This document shows, piece after piece, positions 1 through 6,347 of a stretch of 11,709 nucleotides of DNA. How positions within the stretch are numbered: position 1 is the stretch's first letter; the number at the start of each line of letters is the position of its first letter. The notes beneath the pieces were generated by a model. The model was not told where the DNA came from. It searched no databases and saw nothing but the letters and a program-made list of their open reading frames with translations. The stretch covers positions 1-11,709 of the forward strand of contig JBBIJQ010000062.1 in the NCBI GenBank assembly GCA_037445915.1, read 5' to 3'. This DNA is from Planctomycetales bacterium. GTDB lineage: Bacteria > 4484-113. The position numbers were made by a program, and so were the translations under genes.

Positions 1-288
1 AATATCAACAGCCTGCGTAACAAGAACTTTCTGCACTTTCAGGCCTTTGATATCCATCCCCAGTATCCGTGAAGCCTTTTCGCGCGCATCCTGAGGATTA
101 GCAGCAAGCTTAACGCCACCAGCCTTGCCCCTGCCGCCAACATGAACCTGGGCTTTGACGACGACGTTCCCGCCGAGCTCTTGCGCAATTACTGCCGCCT
201 CGTCAGGCGTGAATGCGACTTTGCCCAGCGGGACAGGAATCCCGTAACTGGCGAAGATTTCCTTCGCCTGATATTCATGTATATTCAA
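1..288 (-). CDS. sucC: Succinyl-CoA synthetase beta subunit, N-terminal 96 aa (runs off the left edge of the window)
   Basis: Manual translation from TTG at 288 gives [61 protein letters not shown]..., with the SucC hallmarks HEYQAK and VKAQV.[10 protein letters not shown]. A strong SD (TAAGGAG, 302-296) lies 7 nt upstream. Confidence 0.96.
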   Translation of the reverse strand, partial: MNIHEYQAKEIFASYGIPVPLGKVAFTPDEAAVIAQELGGNVVVKAQVHVGGRGKAGGVKLAANPQDAREKASRILGMDIKGLKVQKVLVTQAVDI

Positions 289-295
289 GCCGAAG

Positions 296-302
296 CTCCT
301 TA
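296..302 (-). promoter_or_regulatory. Shine-Dalgarno site of sucC
   Basis: Minus strand reads GG-TAAGGAG-CTTCGGC-TTG. Confidence 0.85.
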
Positions 303-322
303 CCTAGAATGACTCTCGGCAT

Positions 323-331
323 ATTCTAGCA
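323..331 (-). promoter_or_regulatory. Extended -10 promoter TGCTAGAAT for sucC
   Basis: The + strand ATTCTAGCA is the reverse complement of TGCTAGAAT. It lies 34 nt upstream of the TTG, and the identical 9-mer recurs at 377, 4851 and 8886. Confidence 0.7.
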
Positions 332-376
332 CTAGCAGCAGTTCACTTCGGTACTTCGCTTGGAAAGCTGGCTCCG

Positions 377-385
377 TGCTAGAAT
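377..385 (+). promoter_or_regulatory. Extended -10 promoter TGCTAGAAT for the BON-like lipoprotein gene
   Basis: TGn-TAGAAT lies 27 nt before ATG 413, and a GGGG SD-like run at 404-407 falls in the short leader. Confidence 0.7.
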
Positions 386-412
386 ACTAATACTCTTCTA
401 TTTGGGGCTTCT

Positions 413-763
413 ATGAGGTGTTACCGTTTTGCGTTTCTAGTGCTAATAACTACACTTTGGCTAATGGCAGCCGGGTGCCAATTCCTTAAGCCAACCCCTG
501 ATGCGGTCGCGCTTGCAAAGGTTAAAGAAGCGCTAGATGGCAAGCCAGGATGGCAGCTTGAAGACTTAAACATAACCGTGACCGGTCTTCACTGCAAAGT
601 AGGAGGCACAGTTGGAAGCGGCGTTATCGCGCAACAGCTTTCCGATGAGCTTAAGAAACTGGTTGACCAGGGTGTCATTAAGAGCTACGAGAACAATTGC
701 CAGATTATGGACGAAACCAACCCGTTGATGCAGGATTACACAGTTCCTTCGCTAGCGTTTTAG
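413..763 (+). CDS. Small lipoprotein with a single BON-like domain
   Basis: Basic N-terminus, hydrophobic stretch and lipobox AAGC, followed by D..a..kVk.aL......L..LnItV.g..ckvgGtV.s......l......GV.ks..N..qI, which follows the BON pattern. Judged by eye. Confidence 0.65.
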   Translation: MRCYRFAFLVLITTLWLMAAGCQFLKPTPDAVALAKVKEALDGKPGWQLEDLNITVTGLHCKVGGTVGSGVIAQQLSDELKKLVDQGVIKSYENNCQIMDETNPLMQDYTVPSLAF

Positions 764-807
764 GCGTGCGCACTGCTTGGATATCTGCTAACGGATTACT
801 AATCACC

Positions 808-816
808 TGATATAAT
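808..816 (+). promoter_or_regulatory. Extended -10 promoter TGATATAAT (near-leaderless galT-like gene)
   Basis: Perfect TGn-TATAAT, 8 nt before ATG 825, with no SD. Confidence 0.8.
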
Positions 817-824
817 CTAAACCC

Positions 825-1834
825 ATGCCTGAACTTCGCAAAGATCCTGTTATTTCCCGCTGGGTCATTATCGCTACGGAGAGAGCAAAACGCCCTTCTG
901 ACTTTGTGCCCGACGAGCTAGATGATCCTGGCGATCCTGCAAAATGCCCATTTTGCCCTGGCCACGAAGAAGCAACTCCACCTGAAGTTTTGGCTGTAAG
1001 GCCTCTAGAAACAGCCCCGAACACTCCAGGATGGGATATTCGGGTGACTTCCAATAAGTTCCCTGCCCTGCGGATTGAAGGGGGCTTGAACCGCCAAGGC
1101 GTCGGTATGTTTGATAAGATGAACGGGATTGGCGCTCATGAAGTGATTATTGAGACTAACGACCACTTCAAGCAAATTCAGCAGCACAGCCCGGAATACA
1201 TCTCAAAGATACTGCGCGTCATGCAACAGCGCATCATTGACCTTAGCCGCGACAAGCGCTTTGAGTACGTGTTAGTCTTCAAGAACCAGGGAAAAGCTGC
1301 TGGCGCATCGCTTTCGCATTCCCACTGCCAGATAATTGCTACTCCAATAGTGCCGAAACGGGTCATTGAGGAACTGCAAGGCAGCCGCGACCACTGGAAC
1401 TTCAAGAAACGGTGCATTTTCTGCGACATGATTGACCAAATCATGATGACTGAAGACTTACTCGTTTACCAGAACGATAGCTTCGTCGCTATTTCGCCAT
1501 TCGCTGGAATGTTCCCCTTTGAGATTTGGATTCTCCCAATGTCACACCACAAGAACTGCTGGATCTCGCACAAGTGCTAAAGCTTATCCTGCGTAAGTGG
1601 TATGCCGCACTTGGTAATGTGAATTACAACTTTGTCCTTCACACGCTTCCCACGCCTACAGCTGCGGAAGAGCAGTTCCCGCTTGGACATGCGCATTATC
1701 ATTGGCACTTTGAACTGTTTCCGAGGCTGACGAAAACCGCGGGTTTTGAGTGGGGCACAGGATTCTATATAAACCCTACGCCTCCTGAAGAAGCCGCAAA
1801 GTACCTTCATAACTTGGTGCTTGAAGCCGATTAA
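825..1834 (+). pseudogene. galT: GalT-family nucleotidyltransferase (galactose-1-phosphate uridylyltransferase / ADP-glucose phosphorylase-like), frameshifted at about 1538-1547; true pseudogene or sequence error
   Basis: ORF 825-1580 has ELRKDP..RWVIIA.ERAKRP, CPFCPG, NKFPAL, GAHEVIIE, FKN.G..AGASLSHSHCQ, CIFC and PFEIWILP. ORF 1526-1834, in a different frame, supplies the normal C-terminus: LAQVLK, YNF.LH, YHWHFELFPRL..AGFEWGTG.YINP.PPE.AA..L. Confidence 0.88.
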
Positions 1835-1841
1835 GGCCCAG

Positions 1842-4025
1842 ATGAAAGACTCGCGCGCAAAGCTCCTTTTCGTATGGCACTTGCACCAGCCTAACTACAA
1901 AAGCCCTGAGACCGGTTGGTATTTGCTCCCTTGGGTGCGCCTGCACGCTTCTAGCGGCTATTTAGACCTGCTAACGCTGCTTAGCGAAGATGACAGGCTG
2001 CGGACGACCGTAAACATCACACCGATTCTCTTGCAACAGCTAATAGATTATCAAAGTAGCCCTTACGAGATTCAAACTGAACTGGTAATGCGTGATGCAG
2101 GCCAGCTAAGCGATGACGAACAGGAGTTTCTCCTCAAGCATTTCTTTAACGCATATGCCGATACACAGATACGCGCTTTACCACGCCTCTGGGAGCTATT
2201 CCTCAAGCGCGGCAGCAGTAAGCCGATTCTCAACGCCGAGATGCCGCGCAGGCTTTTCCGCGTTGATGACTTCCGCGACTTGCAGGTGCTATTCAACCTT
2301 GCCTGGTGCGGCTTTACGGCTAGGAAGGACCCTGTAATTAGCGAGCTAATCGCCCGTGAAATGCACTATTCAGAAGAAGACAAGCCCCGCGTGCTTGAGA
2401 AGCACACGGAGTTCGTTCATCGCGTGTTTGGAATGCTGGAGCAGGGAGCGAGTGGCTCAAAATACGAGCTAATTACCAGCCCTTACTTCCATCCTATCAT
2501 TCCGCTAGTTGTTGATTCAGAGTCGGCGAAGCCCGGCTTGCCTCATCACGACTTGATATCCCCTCCTTTCCGCTTTCCAGAAGACGCCGACTTGCAGATT
2601 GAGATGGGGCGCGAGTACATTGCCAGCAGCCTTGGGGTAAGGCCTGCAGGGATGTGGCCCCCTGAAGGCTCAATCTCGGAAGCAGCTTTAGGCCTGTATG
2701 CGCAAGCTGGAGTGAAATTCGTAGTTACCGACGCCAGCATTCTGAAATTTAGTTTGGAAGTTTCGCACATTGGCACGCGCCATCTCCAGCCTTGGGTCTT
2801 TGAAACTCCGCACGGGCCTGTGAACGTGCTTTTCCGCGACACAGACCTTTCGGATGCGCTTTCTTTCCGCTACAAAGATATGAGCGCAGTAGATGGTGTG
2901 AAAGACTTTATGGAACGCCTCCGCGCGCGCATCCGCGACTTCCCCGGAAATGCTCCGCCTATTATAACGGTTGTTATTGATGGCGAGAATCCGTGGCCGT
3001 ATTTCCCTGCCTTCGGGGAAGAATTTCTCCGCAGGCTGTTTGAAGCGGTTGATAGCGAGCCGGGCTTGGAAACGCAGACTATTTCCCAAGCGCTAAACTC
3101 AATTCCTGCTGAGCAAATTGAACACTTGCCGTGCATCTTCCCAGGCTCCTGGATTAACGCCAACTTCCGCATCTGGTGCGGTGATGAGGAAAAGAACCGC
3201 GCCTGGGAGCTGCTGCGGGAAACCCGCAAGTTCTATTCGGACTTCCTTGACCAGCACCCAGACTACGCTCCAGGAACGAGGATGGAAGCGTATCTAAACT
3301 TGCTTGCTGCGGAAGGCTCTGACTGGTTCTGGTGGTATGGCGAAACTGCGCACGCGGCTGACGAGCAATTTTTTGACGCCTTGTTTCGCAGTTACCTCGT
3401 TTCTGTTTACCGCCTGCTAAACCAAGAAGTCCCAGATGAGCTTGCTGTCCCAGTTATCCGCAAACAACAGTTTCCAGAACAGAGCATGCCTACGGATGTA
3501 GTGAAGCCTCTAATAGACGGTCGCGTCACCGGTTTTTACGAGTGGGAGCAAGCCGGCAGGCTAAGGGTGGAGAATGGCTTTAGCGCGATGGCCAAATCGA
3601 CGCCATCTATTCTCGCGGGAGTTTATTACGGCTACACAAGTACAGTGCTTCATCTGCGAGTGGACTTTGTTCGCGCGGCGCGCGATTTGCACCCTAATTA
3701 TGCGCTTATCATCAGGTTCAGCGAGCCTGTCCAGAGCAGCATGACAATTGCACTACGCCCTGGCGTGCAGCTGCCCCACTTCGTCTATATCCCCCAAAGT
3801 GAGTGCTCATTCCTGAAGATGGAAGAGCATATGGATTGCGCAGTGGACGATATTCTGGAACTTTCAATTTCGTTTGCTTCCCTTGGGCTCCCTCATGGCG
3901 AGTGGGCGTATTTTAAAGTTGAGCTGATATATGACGGGAAGCTGATGGAATCGCTTCCATCAGCTTCCGCTATCGCCATAAAAGTTCCTACCGCTGATTA
4001 CGAAATGCATATGTGGCAGAACTAG
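1842..4025 (+). CDS. Glycoside hydrolase family 57 (amylopullulanase-type) with a C-terminal beta-rich accessory domain
   Basis: GH57 conserved regions WHLHQP, LPWVRLH, ITSPYFHPIIPL, GMWPPEGS (nucleophile Glu), FRD..LSD, IDGENPW (acid/base Asp), GSWI and AEGSDWFWW are present. C-terminal P.IDG.....EW..A motif. ATG 1842, preceded by TAAGG overlapping the galT stop, is preferred over TTG 1821. Confidence 0.93.
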   Translation: MKDSRAKLLFVWHLHQPNYKSPETGWYLLPWVRLHASSGYLDLLTLLSEDDRLRTTVNITPILLQQLIDYQSSPYEIQTELVMRDAGQLSDDEQEFLLKHFFNAYADTQIRALPRLWELFLKRGSSKPILNAEMPRRLFRVDDFRDLQVLFNLAWCGFTARKDPVISELIAREMHYSEEDKPRVLEKHTEFVHRVFGMLEQGASGSKYELITSPYFHPIIPLVVDSESAKPGLPHHDLISPPFRFPEDADLQIEMGREYIASSLGVRPAGMWPPEGSISEAALGLYAQAGVKFVVTDASILKFSLEVSHIGTRHLQPWVFETPHGPVNVLFRDTDLSDALSFRYKDMSAVDGVKDFMERLRARIRDFPGNAPPIITVVIDGENPWPYFPAFGEEFLRRLFEAVDSEPGLETQTISQALNSIPAEQIEHLPCIFPGSWINANFRIWCGDEEKNRAWELLRETRKFYSDFLDQHPDYAPGTRMEAYLNLLAAEGSDWFWWYGETAHAADEQFFDALFRSYLVSVYRLLNQEVPDELAVPVIRKQQFPEQSMPTDVVKPLIDGRVTGFYEWEQAGRLRVENGFSAMAKSTPSILAGVYYGYTSTVLHLRVDFVRAARDLHPNYALIIRFSEPVQSSMTIALRPGVQLPHFVYIPQSECSFLKMEEHMDCAVDDILELSISFASLGLPHGEWAYFKVELIYDGKLMESLPSASAIAIKVPTADYEMHMWQN

Positions 4026-4063
4026 CGGTTAGGGTTTTGCGTACGCCCCACTAAGTATCATCC

Positions 4064-4072
4064 TGATATACT
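4064..4072 (+). promoter_or_regulatory. Extended -10 promoter TGATATACT (near-leaderless uppS)
   Basis: TGn-TATACT, 8 nt before ATG 4081, with no SD. Confidence 0.75.
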
Positions 4073-4080
4073 ATTAGCCG

Positions 4081-4842
4081 ATGGAGAGCGAACCTACCTC
4101 CGTAAACAAGCTTGAAGGCTTCAAAGCTTTGATCAAGCGCGAAGGCATCCCTCAGCACATCGCCATTATCATGGATGGTAACGGGCGCTGGGCGAAACAG
4201 CGCGGGCTTACGCGCACCGAAGGCCATCGCTGCGCAATTAAGGCAATTCGCACAACAGTTGATGCGTGTATTTCTCTCAACGTAAAAGTGCTAAGCCTGT
4301 TTGCCTTCTCAACTGAAAACATAGACAGGCCGGCGGAAGAGGTGAACGAGCTGTTCCGCCTCTTTGACCAGGCGCTGGAAACGGAGACTGCTCGGCTCAA
4401 GGCAGAAGGCGTTCGCTTTATCACTAGCGGAGACTTGGCAGTTATGCCGGATGAGCTTTCGCGCAAGTTTCGGGACACTGTTGAAGCTACATCAGCCAAC
4501 TCGCGCCTTACGCTGAATATGTGTGTGATGTATAGCGGCCGGCAGGAGATAGCGCGTGCTGCGCGAAACCTGGCAGAGGATGTTGCGGCGGGGAGAATTC
4601 GTCCGGAGAATATCTCTATGTCGCACATTGCAGAGAAGCTGTACCACCCTGAGCTTCCTGACGCGGACTTGCTCATCCGGACTAGCGGCGAGATGCGAAT
4701 ATCCAACTTTATGCTCTGGCGGCTAGCTTATGCCGAGCTTTACTTCACGCCTAGGCTATGGCCTGACTTCGCCGAAGAAGACCTTTGCGAGGCGATAGTA
4801 GCCTATCAGCGGCGTGACCGCCGTTTTGGGCGCATAAGCTGA
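4081..4842 (+). CDS. uppS: Undecaprenyl diphosphate synthase (cis-prenyltransferase)
   Basis: Motifs IPQHIAIIMDGNGRWA, GH, FAFSTEN..RP..EV..L, YSGR.EI, DLLIRTSGE.RISNFMLW..AYAEL.F...LWPDF and RDRRFG. Confidence 0.97.
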   Translation: MESEPTSVNKLEGFKALIKREGIPQHIAIIMDGNGRWAKQRGLTRTEGHRCAIKAIRTTVDACISLNVKVLSLFAFSTENIDRPAEEVNELFRLFDQALETETARLKAEGVRFITSGDLAVMPDELSRKFRDTVEATSANSRLTLNMCVMYSGRQEIARAARNLAEDVAAGRIRPENISMSHIAEKLYHPELPDADLLIRTSGEMRISNFMLWRLAYAELYFTPRLWPDFAEEDLCEAIVAYQRRDRRFGRIS

Positions 4843-4850
4843 AGGCTTGC

Positions 4851-4859
4851 TGCTAGAAT
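4851..4859 (+). promoter_or_regulatory. Extended -10 promoter TGCTAGAAT (near-leaderless gltX)
   Basis: Lies in a 26-nt intergenic gap, 9 nt before ATG 4869. The 12-mer TGCTAGAATACT is identical to 377-388. Confidence 0.75.
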
Positions 4860-4868
4860 ACTCGCGTC

Positions 4869-6347
4869 ATGGATGATAACTCAAACCACAACGAAATTAC
4901 GCCGTCTACTATTCGTGTGCGGTTTGCGCCCTCCCCAACAGGATACTTGCACACGGGCGGCGCAAGGACAGCGTTATTCAACTGGCTGTTAGCGCGTTCG
5001 CGCGGCGGCACGTTCATTCTCAGGATCGAGGATACAGACGAAGCTCGCTCCACCGAAGAAAGCACCAGCGCCATCCTTGACGGGCTTGGCTGGTTGGGAC
5101 TCAAGTGGGATGAGGGGCCTGAAGTCGGTGGGGATTTTGGGCCATACTTCCAAAGCGAGCGCAAAGAGCTCCACTTGAAGTTCGCCGACCGCCTTCTCAA
5201 AGAAGGGAACGCATTCATCTGCACCTGTCAGAAGGAAGACGAGGCGCAGTTCTCAGATGAAACGCCCGCGCCTCAAAAGGCCAAGTTTGATGCGCGCTGC
5301 CGCGACCGTTCCCTCTCAGAGCAGCTCAAGCTCCTTGCGGGTAATCCTAATCTGCCAATTCGCCTCAAGACTGAGCCTGATAAGGACATTGTCATAGAAG
5401 ACCAGATACGCGGCGAGACTCGTTTCAACACCAACGAAATCGGCGACTTCATTATCGTGAAATCTTCCGGCGGGCCAGTTTATAACTTCGCATGCGTGGT
5501 TGATGATGCGACGATGAACATAACCCATGTCATTCGCGGGGAAGACCACCTCAGCAACACTCCGAGGCAAATCCTCATTTATGGAAAGCTGGGCTGGCAG
5601 CCGCCGCGCTTTGCGCATGTGCCGCTAATTCTCGGGATGGACCGCGCCCGCCTATCCAAACGCCATGGGGCTACTAGCGTCACCGCTTACCGCGAGATTG
5701 GCATTCTCCCGGAAGCGCTGACAAACTTCCTGCTGCTCATAGGCTGGGCCCCGAAGGATGACCGCGAGATATTTAGCTTGGAAGAAATGGTCGCTGCCTT
5801 TAGCATTGATGGTGTGGGCAAATCAGCGGGCGCTTTTAACACCGAAAAGCTGTTTTGGCTGAACGGACGATACACGCGTGAGCTAAGTGACGATGATTAC
5901 CTGCGCCGTATTTTTGACTTTGTGCCGAAGGAGTGGCGCAAGGTTCGGCGAGACGATTACATCGCCAAGGTAGTGCTTCTATTCAAAGACCGAGTTACTC
6001 ACTTTGCCGAGATCGAAGAGCTTGCGTGGTACTTCTTCCGCGCCCCTGAAACTTACAATGAAGAAGCCTGGTCAAAGCTTATGGCAGGCAATGAAGTCGC
6101 GCAAGGCGTGTTGCGCGAAGTTCCGCTTGGATACAAGACTATTGATGACTTTACGGCCGGGAGCATTGAAACTTACACGCGAAGTTATGCCGACAACAAG
6201 GGGCTAAAGCTAAAGGACGTAATCCAGCCGATACGCGTCGCTATCACAGGCGATCGGTTCAGCCCTGGTTTCTTTGAGTTGGCAGAACTAATTGGCTCAT
6301 CGGAAATCACAAAGCGTTGCGCTGAGGCGCTGAAGCGACTAAGCTAG
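4869..6347 (+). CDS. gltX: Glutamate--tRNA ligase
   Basis: RVRFAPSPTGYLHTGG (HIGH-type), LRIEDTD, GPYFQSER, THVIRGEDH, LSKRHG (KMSKS-type), plus a C-terminal anticodon-binding domain (PIRVAITG..SP). Full length, so not GluQ. Confidence 0.97.
   Translation: MDDNSNHNEITPSTIRVRFAPSPTGYLHTGGARTALFNWLLARSRGGTFILRIEDTDEARSTEESTSAILDGLGWLGLKWDEGPEVGGDFGPYFQSERKELHLKFADRLLKEGNAFICTCQKEDEAQFSDETPAPQKAKFDARCRDRSLSEQLKLLAGNPNLPIRLKTEPDKDIVIEDQIRGETRFNTNEIGDFIIVKSSGGPVYNFACVVDDATMNITHVIRGEDHLSNTPRQILIYGKLGWQPPRFAHVPLILGMDRARLSKRHGATSVTAYREIGILPEALTNFLLLIGWAPKDDREIFSLEEMVAAFSIDGVGKSAGAFNTEKLFWLNGRYTRELSDDDYLRRIFDFVPKEWRKVRRDDYIAKVVLLFKDRVTHFAEIEELAWYFFRAPETYNEEAWSKLMAGNEVAQGVLREVPLGYKTIDDFTAGSIETYTRSYADNKGLKLKDVIQPIRVAITGDRFSPGFFELAELIGSSEITKRCAEALKRLS

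Noticed and set aside
73-312. Plus-strand open stretch ending in TGA at 312
   Set aside because: It is the antisense shadow of the clearly conserved sucC.
289-320. GCCGA...TCGGC inverted repeat around the sucC SD (possible translational control hairpin)
   Set aside because: Only 5 perfect bp, and the predicted TSS (about 316-317) would remove most of the 5' arm.
1526-1580. Programmed ribosomal frameshift or a genuine two-gene split of galT
   Set aside because: There is no slippery heptamer or homopolymer, no SD before TTG 1526, and residues appear to be missing, which fits a deletion or sequence error better.
4029-4054. Imperfect hairpin after GH57 as an intrinsic terminator
   Set aside because: Weak interrupted stem with no downstream U-tract.
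4152-4706. 184-aa antisense ORF, and the other overlapping ORFs in the track (e.g. 803-1054, 2688-3089, 4853-5224, 7562-7885, 9308-9652, 11244-11699)
   Set aside because: All lie within or mostly overlap well-supported genes, have Ser/Arg-rich shadow composition and show no recognisable motifs.
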